From a virus (taxonomy: Duplodnaviria; Heunggongvirae; Uroviricota; Caudoviricetes), in the IMG/VR virus record IMGVR_UViG_2541047843_000008: a stretch of DNA of 40,690 nucleotides. One strand, given 5' to 3'. The notes beneath the pieces are model-generated. The model did no database searches, was not told the origin of the DNA, and saw only the letters and a list, made by a program, of their open reading frames with translations. The first letter of the stretch is position 1. Each line of letters starts with the position of its first letter. The position numbers were made by a program, and so were the translations under genes. Shown here piece by piece: positions 8,398 through 17,465 of this stretch.

Positions 8398-8896
8398 GTA
8401 TAGCGGGAAGGTTATACCTACTGGTGAGTTTAAAACTGATGACTTTCTGATTTCGCTAAAAGATGCTTTTAAACAACACTGGCGTCATGGTCATCATCCT
8501 GATCTGGGAAAAGATACTCTTTTTGAAAGACCAGACGAAGTATTAGGCTTCCATCTCAGAAAGGTTCATGTCAATATTGGTGAATATGCATCATATTCAT
8601 ACTCATGTACTGAACAGTGTTGGGATGAGTGGTCATATGGATTGATTGATGAACAAGGAAATTACAGGCCAAAACCAACCAGTAACGCATATCTCATATA
8701 TGCAGTCAATGAAATAAGAGATGCAGCCTTACTAGCTTATTGGGACCCGCCCGCACACACCAAAGCTAACGCAAAAGTTTGGATGGATTCCGTATTGAAT
8801 TTCACAAAATTATTTCATGAACGAACGAATACAGCTCCACTTAGTAGAAATGTTTATCCGTGGGATTATTCGTACAAATCCAAAAAGCCTGCATAG
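8384..8896 (+). CDS. Hypothetical protein, second gene of cassette (His-rich segment HWRHGHHPD)
   Basis: ORF overlaps upstream gene end by 14 nt (translational coupling); no recognisable family. Confidence 0.5.
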   Translation: MFLSEYSGKVIPTGEFKTDDFLISLKDAFKQHWRHGHHPDLGKDTLFERPDEVLGFHLRKVHVNIGEYASYSYSCTEQCWDEWSYGLIDEQGNYRPKPTSNAYLIYAVNEIRDAALLAYWDPPAHTKANAKVWMDSVLNFTKLFHERTNTAPLSRNVYPWDYSYKSKKPA

Positions 8897-8977
8897 TAGT
8901 TTTTTATGGACGAAACAAAAGTCAGTGCTACACTCATTGACGCCACATTGAGGTGGCTTATAGATGGAAATGTCACA

Positions 8978-9139
8978 ATGAAAAAAGCATTTGCTGCACT
9001 GTTCGTTTTGTTGTCTCTGGTAGCTTCAACTCAGGCCTTTGCCGGTCGTTGTCAGCACGACAGCGACACTGCTGCTGACGGCTCACGCTGCGGTGGGCGT
9101 TCTGCGGATTCCCGCCCAGGCGGCGGTGGCATTCGTTAA
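8978..9139 (+). CDS. Small secreted Cys-containing peptide (signal peptide MKKAFAALFVLLSLVASTQAFA)
   Basis: Internal ATG begins a canonical signal peptide; about 30-aa mature part with 2 Cys and a Gly-rich tail. Confidence 0.4.
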   Translation: MKKAFAALFVLLSLVASTQAFAGRCQHDSDTAADGSRCGGRSADSRPGGGGIR

Positions 9140-9161
9140 AAACAAGGCCGCGAAAGCGGCC
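9136..9161 (-). terminator. Rho-independent terminator for the minus-strand membrane gene
   Basis: Stem GGCCGC / GCGGCC with GAAA loop; U-run on the minus-strand side (TTGTTTTT). Confidence 0.5.
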
Positions 9162-9170
9162 TGTGACATG

Positions 9171-9467
9171 TCACGTCCCTTTTCTGAATGATAGCCATTC
9201 GAAAAATGATGACATTCCACCGCAGACAATAGCAAAGATGATCCCACCAAAGAAGAGAAGGCCAGCCTGCCACCACTCCCACCGCCATACATCCACAGCG
9301 CCAACCATACCAACAATCGCTCCAACAAATGGAATATAGCTCACGATGAAAGCAATGGGGGCTGCAATTATCCAGTGCAATCCCCACCATGATTCAAGCC
9401 CAGCCATAATTGCTGCCAACTGAAAAAGACCAACGACGATATAAACAATGAATCCTATAGCTTGCAT
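9171..9467 (-). CDS. Multi-pass inner-membrane protein immediately after the ejection-protein genes; candidate superinfection-exclusion (SieA-position) protein
   Basis: Three or four hydrophobic helices, Trp-rich; start taken at ATG preceded by AGGTG SD. Confidence 0.5.
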   Translation of the reverse strand: MQAIGFIVYIVVGLFQLAAIMAGLESWWGLHWIIAAPIAFIVSYIPFVGAIVGMVGAVDVWRWEWWQAGLLFFGGIIFAIVCGGMSSFFEWLSFRKGT

Positions 9468-9663
9468 GTAGTCACCTAATTTACCCAGTAAAAATAAGAG
9501 GCCTCCCCTCAATAAGGCTTGCAACAAGAACTACTCCCTGCACAACAAAGATGAACCAGCAAATAGCTTGAGTCTGAGGGTTAAGAAAATATTTGTAGCG
9601 GTCAATAAATAACAATCCACCAGAAATTATCACACTCAAAATAATTAAAAACACAACACTTCC

Positions 9664-12138
9664 TTATTGCGGAGTGACATCCTGTGGTCGCCACCAGTAT
9701 GTCTGGTTAAACTCTTTCTTCGAACGTTGCTCCATTTTACGCAAATAACCTGGTGAAAAATACTCCTGCATCTGGTTAAAGATCATGTGATCGAGAGCCG
9801 CCTTTAAGTACCAGAGATTCGCACCTGGCATCAGACCTTTCCCCAGCTTAACCAGATCACCACCAGTCTGCTCATTCTTCCCTTCCACAGCATTTAACGG
9901 TATGCCCTGAGCAATCTTCACTACGTCATCAACCAGACCAGCTACCGGGCCAAGCATCGACGCCAGCGCGCCGCTTCCGTACCTAGTGTGATCTGACAAT
10001 AAAAAGTCACCGTAAAGGCCAAGACCACCACCTTTCAGTAGAGCACCAAGCCAAAATTTAGCAGCATCTTCTCCTGTCATCTCGCGAGGATTACGACCAG
10101 ACGCAAGGTCGTTAAGTTGCTGCGACAAAGCGCCAAGAATGGTCGTACTGGCAATAAACGTCGCAATATATGCCGCACGCCCACCAGCCGACGGCATACC
10201 CATAGCGCGTGACCAGTGACGCATAACCACCGAGATAGGGAACGATTTAAACAGGAAAACACTTCTCGTTAATTCACCTTTCCATGTTCCACGCTGAATA
10301 CCAGAACCGGTTATCAGTTGCTCACGTGCACCCGGTGTAATAACAGCCATATCAACTTCTTCAGTTACGGCACCGAGCAGTTTACGCATTGCCTCAAATT
10401 TCACGCGTTCAGGCTCACCAAGATGTTTAACTGCTGAATCAGGGATACGCATAATGCTTTCCGGTGTCAGCATCGTATTATTACCGTTCCCCCAGTCCTC
10501 CTGTTGCGCCAGCTTCCATACGCTCCAGTCTGTGTCAGTAATCCCTTTGCTTTTCAGGATACGAAAATCAGAATCATCGAGGCTACGAAGGTCTGGTGTC
10601 CGTGACACTACTTCTCCCAGGCTTCCCATCATGGTTACGCCATAGGCGCGCTTGTGCGCATCTGACCATGCTGTAAGCCCACTGGCACGCATTACCGCCG
10701 TTGCAGCCCAACGAGACACAGACGGCCCCATATTATCCATCGCCCAGCGGTTAACGCTGCCAAGTAGAGATTCCATCGCCAGACCAGCGCGGCGCGCCCG
10801 CGCAAGTTCTGTACGGTTCGTTGGGTCCATAGCTTCAAGCTGGTTGCGGAATAACTGGTTCATTGGAAGGTTGGTAACCTTCGCAGACAGATACATGGTT
10901 CCAAGATCAGAGAACGATGACAGCAACGCGGATCCGAGTCTGCTGGCAACCAGCCAGTTGCGGATATTGTCAGACCATCGCGCGATGTGCGGATTCGCTA
11001 CAGGCTGTGTCTTTCCGGAAATAAAGTTGTACAGATTCTCTGTGTTGTTCGCCAGCCGCTCGACTTTACCGGTTTTACTCGGGTTAGCTGTTGCCGTTTC
11101 TGCCTTCACCTGATCAAGAAGAGAGCGGAAAACATGATCGGGGTTTGGGCCATATGTTTCCACCAGTGCAATATCTTTACTGATACCTTCCAGGTGACCG
11201 ACCATGATTTCCCATAGAGAGCGATCGCCATAAAGTTGCTGATATTGCAGATAGGAATCTGCATCTTTGAAATGTATCTGTCGTGATGCATTACCCCGGT
11301 TAGCACGTGCGCCGGAAATTCGCATTCCGGTATCAGTAAGCTTATTCAGCCCACCAGTAGCGATCGTGTTATAAGCCTCTCCAAGAAATGCAGACAACTC
11401 GGCATCGTTCATCAGTTGTCCATCGACTCGGGTATAATATTTGCGATCCAGCTTACCTATAACATCGCTAACCCACTTATCCTTTGATACCGCCCCAACC
11501 TTTTCCATAGAATGATGTTGAGGGAGCCCCCAGTTTTCGAGATAGCCAATGTCCCCACCAGCATCATTAAACCGGCGGCGCAGTAGCTCTGTCACTTCTC
11601 TCCACGCCTTAGCACCTTTTCTTGCTTTAGCATTGCCAGTATTTTGCCCTCGCATTTCATATACCAGGTCACGCACGCCAGCTTCATCTTCAAACAGGCC
11701 AAAAAAGCGAGGATCAACTGCTTCAAATGCCTCCTGCAATTGACTCAATGCATAATCACGAGTGGCTTTTGTTCTGGATTCAACAGAGAGGAAATTCGAT
11801 TTACCGTCTGCATTAAAAGCAATAGTACGGTTAAGAGCGCCAAGTTTCCCATCAGCCCCTTGATAGCTATTGATAAATTTATCCAATCTCTGACGTGCGG
11901 CTATAGTGAGGGCCACACGACGTTTCTTTAATGCCGCTTCTCGCTGTAATTCTTCAGATGCCAATTGTGCTGCTCGATATAGCCGCTCTGATTCGGAAAG
12001 TTGTCGCCACGACATCGGGTCATCACGAGCAATGGAGCGCATATTTCGATAAATGCGGTCTTCAATGTTCTGTATTTCTCGCGCCGTTAACATGCGCTGC
12101 GCCGCCTGCTGGACCGCTTGTATACATTCCTGTCTCAT
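9664..12138 (-). CDS. Internal virion/ejection protein (large, T7 gp15/gp16 position)
   Basis: 824 aa, translationally coupled in a run of large genes between the tail tubular genes and the tailspike. Confidence 0.65.
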   Translation of the reverse strand: MRQECIQAVQQAAQRMLTAREIQNIEDRIYRNMRSIARDDPMSWRQLSESERLYRAAQLASEELQREAALKKRRVALTIAARQRLDKFINSYQGADGKLGALNRTIAFNADGKSNFLSVESRTKATRDYALSQLQEAFEAVDPRFFGLFEDEAGVRDLVYEMRGQNTGNAKARKGAKAWREVTELLRRRFNDAGGDIGYLENWGLPQHHSMEKVGAVSKDKWVSDVIGKLDRKYYTRVDGQLMNDAELSAFLGEAYNTIATGGLNKLTDTGMRISGARANRGNASRQIHFKDADSYLQYQQLYGDRSLWEIMVGHLEGISKDIALVETYGPNPDHVFRSLLDQVKAETATANPSKTGKVERLANNTENLYNFISGKTQPVANPHIARWSDNIRNWLVASRLGSALLSSFSDLGTMYLSAKVTNLPMNQLFRNQLEAMDPTNRTELARARRAGLAMESLLGSVNRWAMDNMGPSVSRWAATAVMRASGLTAWSDAHKRAYGVTMMGSLGEVVSRTPDLRSLDDSDFRILKSKGITDTDWSVWKLAQQEDWGNGNNTMLTPESIMRIPDSAVKHLGEPERVKFEAMRKLLGAVTEEVDMAVITPGAREQLITGSGIQRGTWKGELTRSVFLFKSFPISVVMRHWSRAMGMPSAGGRAAYIATFIASTTILGALSQQLNDLASGRNPREMTGEDAAKFWLGALLKGGGLGLYGDFLLSDHTRYGSGALASMLGPVAGLVDDVVKIAQGIPLNAVEGKNEQTGGDLVKLGKGLMPGANLWYLKAALDHMIFNQMQEYFSPGYLRKMEQRSKKEFNQTYWWRPQDVTPQ

Positions 12139-12143
12139 TTAAT

Positions 12144-13946
12144 TTAACCTCTCAAGAAACACGCCACAGCGACATCAAACAGGCTGGAATCCTGTATTGC
12201 CTGCTCACTTTCCCTGTTCGCTTCATCCAGTACTTCACGCGCACTGCGCGATTGTGGATTACCATCATCATCCAGCACGGTGATTATCATGTCCGGAGAT
12301 TCAAGCAGCGAGTCTTCAGCTATACGCAGATCAATATCTCCTGCCGGATCTGCCATCATTTTTTGTTCTGTCTGTTGCAATATCTTACCGGGCTCAAAAG
12401 GAGCTACTTCGTCTGGCGTCCTGACCTCTGCTGTTTTATAGAATGAAACAGCCTGAGCATTAAGTTCACTTTCTGCCTGCTGTCGTCGTGCCAGTTCTGC
12501 TCGAGCTTCAAAAAACTGACCGCCAGGCTCGTGCGGTACCAACGCGTTACGGGAAAACTCCAGGCGTTCTTGTGCCTGCCGGATTCGTTGATCAATATCG
12601 CGAAGTCTGGCCTGTTTATCTGATCGAGCACGAGACAAAGCTTTACCGCTACCGGCTGGATCTTCTGCAAGAATTTGTGCACGCTGTTCAGTGAGATTTT
12701 CAATAATTCGTTGGCTATTAGCGATTTCAGACTGGTAAACCTGTCTATCTCCACGCGGCAAAAGCTGCGCGGCCTGTTCTTCAAGCAACCGATTTTCTAT
12801 AGCGCGCGCCGTTATTCCATCATCTACAGATGACAGAGCCTCATTAACTGCCTGAGACAGCAGACTCTTGCGCCCAGGAATTTCACTGAAAGATGCAGAC
12901 TCAACAATGCTGGCAACGTCTACAGGTCTCCCCTGGCTAACATCAGACATAGCTTTTCGCAGAGCCTGAATGTGAGAATTACGCGAAAGCACGTTGATCG
13001 GCACGCCAGGAGCAATATCAATTTCAGCATGATGAGCGGCATTCGCCGCCAGTGCAGCATCGATATCAACTGGTGAAAAATTTGGTGTGCTTGTAGACTC
13101 GCCGCGAGAGTTAATAAATCTGCCGACACCACCAAACGCCACCCCAAGAACAGCATCAATAGCAATTGCCTGTCGATCCAACACATCATACTGGTTAGCC
13201 ATTTCGCTATAGCCACCATCACGAAGTGTTTTTGCAGTAAGCCCACGCTGTGCCATACCGAACGCAATATTTGTACCTGCGGCATAGGCAATATCTGGCG
13301 TTGCACGTACTGCTGTTGCTGCGGCGCGTCGCACTGAACTCTCACCCGTCCGTGCAAGCTGAGCCGCCACACCTTCCGCCAGCGCACCACCAGCACGTAA
13401 CCCGAGGCTCATAGGGATCAGTGTTCCGGCACCAGCAGTAATGCCCTGCACTAATCCCGCTTCCTGCGCCGTCCTGAAATCAACACCCTGTGCTGTCAGC
13501 CGTTCAAACTCAGAAAAACCCTGTAGCGAAGTTACCGCCGCTGCACCTCCGACAGGACCACCGAGCGTTGTACCGACAACAGCCTGCCCGCCCATATCGA
13601 ACAACCCATAAAGAACCTGCCCGGCGGTTCCGGTTGTCGCGGCATCAGGCGTCAGCCGCTTAACCTGCTGCTCTGCTAGTTTTCTCTGCTCAGCAATGTA
13701 TGAAACTGAAGTGTCATTGAGCGAGGTGTTTTCGTTAACAAACTGAGCAATCGGGGATACGATTTTATCCATCCCTGCCCATAGCAACTGATCTGGCTTT
13801 GCCACCAGCCCGGAGTACAAACCAGACAATGCCGCTCCTACAGCATTGTCGAAAAAACCAACATCGCTGTTAAAGCCAACTGGATTTGATGCTGCTTCGT
13901 CAAGCTGCTGATTCTGGTTTACTGGATTAAGGCCAAAGTAACTCAT
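12144..13946 (-). CDS. Internal virion/ejection protein
   Basis: 600 aa, Ala/Gly-rich N-terminal half and coiled-coil C-terminal half; same operon position. Confidence 0.6.
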   Translation of the reverse strand: MSYFGLNPVNQNQQLDEAASNPVGFNSDVGFFDNAVGAALSGLYSGLVAKPDQLLWAGMDKIVSPIAQFVNENTSLNDTSVSYIAEQRKLAEQQVKRLTPDAATTGTAGQVLYGLFDMGGQAVVGTTLGGPVGGAAAVTSLQGFSEFERLTAQGVDFRTAQEAGLVQGITAGAGTLIPMSLGLRAGGALAEGVAAQLARTGESSVRRAAATAVRATPDIAYAAGTNIAFGMAQRGLTAKTLRDGGYSEMANQYDVLDRQAIAIDAVLGVAFGGVGRFINSRGESTSTPNFSPVDIDAALAANAAHHAEIDIAPGVPINVLSRNSHIQALRKAMSDVSQGRPVDVASIVESASFSEIPGRKSLLSQAVNEALSSVDDGITARAIENRLLEEQAAQLLPRGDRQVYQSEIANSQRIIENLTEQRAQILAEDPAGSGKALSRARSDKQARLRDIDQRIRQAQERLEFSRNALVPHEPGGQFFEARAELARRQQAESELNAQAVSFYKTAEVRTPDEVAPFEPGKILQQTEQKMMADPAGDIDLRIAEDSLLESPDMIITVLDDDGNPQSRSAREVLDEANRESEQAIQDSSLFDVAVACFLRG

Positions 13947-16456
13947 TGCGGAATATCTCCGGAGAATCTCTGACGCTTCTGTGTCAGATCAAGAACAACA
14001 GGAGAACCATCATCTTTCAGCAGATAACCAGTACCAAGTTTCACCAGGTACTGACTATCGCCGTAACTTTGCAAACCATACTGACCAGGCGGTGTTTTTA
14101 TCCCAGAGCCGACAACTTGTTCATTCCAAGTCTGATTAACCTGCTTATCGAATTGCTCTGCAGACATTCCCCACGGCAAAAGGACATTCCCCATTCCGTT
14201 ATAGTCATGCACGCCACCTGTAGCTACGTTAACAGCCTGTTTCCAGACATCATTGTCAATTTCGCCTGATACCACGCCTTTTTTCGCCATCACACCAGCG
14301 TAATAATCCTTTGCGATCTCGTATGCCATTGATGCCCCCTGAGCGTCACCAGCAAATGCATCCTTCACCATGTCAGAAAACTCAAGGCGAAGATCAGCAT
14401 CTTTAGGCATCGGAATACCTTTCGCATCATCAGTACCTTTACGAGCCGCCGCGCCAGCAAGAATTGTCTGCGCAGCGGTTTCAGGAGACACGGAAACATC
14501 CGGATTAAACCAGTTTTTTTCTGCCAAAATACCACCTGGCTTATCCATCAGTATCCCGGCAACGGCAGCAGATGGAGCGTTGGCACTGATCTGCTGTAGT
14601 GCTGACATATACACCTGCCCACCACCAGTGCTCTGCCTGATGGTATCGAGATATGCTGCCTGTTGGGAAACGGGCGCATCACGAAAGAAAACACCGATCT
14701 GATTGGCCTCGTCTTTGGAAAAGAACGTCAGTGGAGTGCCATATGACTTAGCAAGGTCACTGACCTGAGCAGCACGCAAGGCAACGCTCTGTCCAAAGTT
14801 ATCCTTATTGCTCATGTCGATAGGCTTTGTCTGTCCGGCGGCAAGAGAGAACTGTACAGGATCAGCCTGTCGCTGCTTTATCACCTGACTTGCAGCCGAC
14901 ACAACGTTGTCATAAAGAGCGGCTCGTGCCGCATAACCCTCCCCTGTCTCACCAGTATCCGGGCGTAATTGCTCAACATATGCTGTAATGCTGCTTGTCG
15001 GCATGTTGCGGAAAGAGCCTATATACTGTCCGGCGATTTGCGTATTTCTGAACTCGGTATATCGCAGGTTTCCTTCTCTTACTCCATAAGCTGCAATAAA
15101 ATCAGCCTCACCAGGTGGGTTAGGAAATTCAACGCCACGCATATACGCAGCTGTCGCATCGCGAACCTGGCTGTCAATCATCGTTTTATATTCAGCCTGC
15201 TGCTGCCGACGCAGTTGATCCGCCTGTCGCATAAAACTTGCCTGCGCCTCAGGAGATGCCGCATCGAATGCTGCATTACCGGTATAGCGTTTGGTGTTGG
15301 TTGGAATTGTTGATAAACCAAGTGCTGCACTGACACCAGCAGTTAACTGCTGATCACTGTATGGCTGGCTACCGTTCTCATGATGGATAATGGCTGCACA
15401 AAGCGCCTTCAGGGTATCAGGATTAGATGCATCGAGAGGCTCATCAGCAGAAACGCCAAGTTGTTCGCACACTGCTTTGATATACGACATAGTGTCATTT
15501 TTATCAGCAGGCGGTGCCCAGCGATTAATTATCTCGCTGACGGTATCAATACCCTGCCTCTGATACGACATCAGGTTCCGCCCTAATGCACGAATCCCGT
15601 GTTCAGGTGTTTCGAATTTAGCAAATCGACCATCATCACCGGTCTGGCCTACCCACGGATTAGTTTTGCTGTATTCGAGATTTCCTGGGTTATTGTTGCG
15701 TATGCCACGGGCACGCTCGGAAGAGTCACTATCTGCTACAGCACGGCGAGCTCCAGCAGCAGTATCACTTAACTCGCCATTACTTTGGATGAATGCGGTC
15801 GCATTGTTTGCCGACCACTGGGACAATGCAGCATCAGCAACCTTCTCTTTAAACTCGATTTTCTTGGCCTGGATTTGCTCGTTGCTCCAGCCATGTGCAA
15901 CACCGTACTCCTCAATTTGCTGGAAAGTTTGTTTGTTAGCCAATACGTATGCGGCGTTGTCGCCATACAATGCTGCGGCATTTTTACCATTGTTCAGCAG
16001 TGTCGCCTGAAACTGGCCTTCTTCGTAGGCATTAATTTGCCCTATCTCGTGTCGCCCGGCCTGCGTAGTGAACTGAATGCGCTGCTGCTGCGCCTGCTGC
16101 ATGAAAGCATTACGAGCCTGTTCATCCGGCAGCGACATAGCCAGTTGTTCGACCTGAGCATCAAACTGCTGCGTATACTCATGGCCTTTTCCAATAGCAT
16201 TTTTCCCTTTCAGGTTAAGCAATCCTGTTTCAGGATTATTCAGCAGATCGCTGCTTATCTGACTGAGGTTAAGAGATGCCTCCTGAGCCAGAGCGATATT
16301 GGCACGCTGTTTTGCCTGCCCCAAAACATCAATTGCCTCTGTCCCTGCCCGAACAAAAGCATCACCAATACCTTGCTGAGAAAACGTCTGCAAGCCTGCT
16401 GACTGAACTCCACGACTCTCAACCTGACGTCCGGATACTGTTGGTACGACTGGCAT
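13943..16456 (-). CDS. Internal virion protein with a conserved-looking GIRNNNPGNLEY segment (possible cell-wall-active domain)
   Basis: Start at ATG 16456 overlapping upstream stop (TAATG), GGAGG SD; motif at about 15300-15750. Confidence 0.65.
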   Translation of the reverse strand: MPVVPTVSGRQVESRGVQSAGLQTFSQQGIGDAFVRAGTEAIDVLGQAKQRANIALAQEASLNLSQISSDLLNNPETGLLNLKGKNAIGKGHEYTQQFDAQVEQLAMSLPDEQARNAFMQQAQQQRIQFTTQAGRHEIGQINAYEEGQFQATLLNNGKNAAALYGDNAAYVLANKQTFQQIEEYGVAHGWSNEQIQAKKIEFKEKVADAALSQWSANNATAFIQSNGELSDTAAGARRAVADSDSSERARGIRNNNPGNLEYSKTNPWVGQTGDDGRFAKFETPEHGIRALGRNLMSYQRQGIDTVSEIINRWAPPADKNDTMSYIKAVCEQLGVSADEPLDASNPDTLKALCAAIIHHENGSQPYSDQQLTAGVSAALGLSTIPTNTKRYTGNAAFDAASPEAQASFMRQADQLRRQQQAEYKTMIDSQVRDATAAYMRGVEFPNPPGEADFIAAYGVREGNLRYTEFRNTQIAGQYIGSFRNMPTSSITAYVEQLRPDTGETGEGYAARAALYDNVVSAASQVIKQRQADPVQFSLAAGQTKPIDMSNKDNFGQSVALRAAQVSDLAKSYGTPLTFFSKDEANQIGVFFRDAPVSQQAAYLDTIRQSTGGGQVYMSALQQISANAPSAAVAGILMDKPGGILAEKNWFNPDVSVSPETAAQTILAGAAARKGTDDAKGIPMPKDADLRLEFSDMVKDAFAGDAQGASMAYEIAKDYYAGVMAKKGVVSGEIDNDVWKQAVNVATGGVHDYNGMGNVLLPWGMSAEQFDKQVNQTWNEQVVGSGIKTPPGQYGLQSYGDSQYLVKLGTGYLLKDDGSPVVLDLTQKRQRFSGDIPQ

Positions 16457-17001
16457 TATAATCCTCCGGGTAATCTGGTTCCTGCTGCTGCCCCGATTGG
16501 CGCAGGAGTGCTTTGAGTAAACGGACTCCACGTCCCACCAAACATCTGGTACGCACCGTATGCCTTCAGAGGCGCAGTGAGCAATGTTGTTGCTGCTCCC
16601 ACATTCCCCTGTTTACGGGCTGAACTGGCTTCTGCTTTATAGTTGGCAGCCTGAACCTGATAACCGTAAGCCTCGCGTTGCGCGTTATTCACCGTCGTCA
16701 GCGAATCAAGAGCGCCAAACTGGGCAGTGTCGCCAAATATATCCAGCGCGTTACCGGTAGATAAATCGGCGCCGGTCGCCCCCATTGTCGCCGCCTGTGT
16801 ACCAAGCCGCTGTCGGGTCTCTCTGCGCCGTTGCTCAGCTTCAGCGTTACCTCTGTTTATTGCATCATTTGCCTGAGCTGTGGCTATATCTGCGTTCGCT
16901 TCTGCAACCTTCGAGACATACTTTCCCTGTTGGTACTGGGTGTATGCCTGAATGCCACTCATGGCGAGCATTGCGCCACCAGCAATAACCGGATCGCACA
17001 T
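16456..17001 (-). CDS. Internal virion protein, T7 gp14-like
   Basis: About 180 aa, starts MC..., Ala/Gln-rich, C-terminal APIGAAAGT end similar to the T7 gp14 pattern as recalled. Confidence 0.55.
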   Translation of the reverse strand: MCDPVIAGGAMLAMSGIQAYTQYQQGKYVSKVAEANADIATAQANDAINRGNAEAEQRRRETRQRLGTQAATMGATGADLSTGNALDIFGDTAQFGALDSLTTVNNAQREAYGYQVQAANYKAEASSARKQGNVGAATTLLTAPLKAYGAYQMFGGTWSPFTQSTPAPIGAAAGTRLPGGL

Positions 17002-17465
17002 TATTTTCTCTCCATGTGAAATCTGTGGAAATTAAGACCAAGAGCACCATAAGGCGCGGCTTCTTCAAGCCTGAATCCAAGCCAGTGCAGCCATGCTTTG
17101 GCAACATGGTTTCGCTCGTCGACGTAGTTTTCCAGGCGCGGATAAACTGCCAGCATCTGCTGCAATACAGGGAGGCAGTGGCGAAGAAATGTCTTCTGAT
17201 ATTTTTCAATACGGCTGGTTCCTACCAGCCAGGGCGTACCATTGCCACCGATCATTGACGCCGGAGATACGCCAAACATGGTTACCAGTTCTCCGTTCGC
17301 AAATCCTGACCAGGCCATAGTCGCAGTACGCAGACCAACACGCAGCGCATCTTCGGTAGTCATCAGTGATACCGCATACAGTTCGTCAATATCAGCCTGA
17401 CGAACATCCGGCAAAATCATCTGAAGATGCTCTTCGGTTGCGGGAATAATTTGAACATCGACCAT
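17001..17465 (-). CDS. Virion-associated protein (T7 gp13 position), function unknown
   Basis: 154 aa, translationally coupled between the tail tubular B-like and gp14-like genes. Confidence 0.4.
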   Translation of the reverse strand: MVDVQIIPATEEHLQMILPDVRQADIDELYAVSLMTTEDALRVGLRTATMAWSGFANGELVTMFGVSPASMIGGNGTPWLVGTSRIEKYQKTFLRHCLPVLQQMLAVYPRLENYVDERNHVAKAWLHWLGFRLEEAAPYGALGLNFHRFHMERK

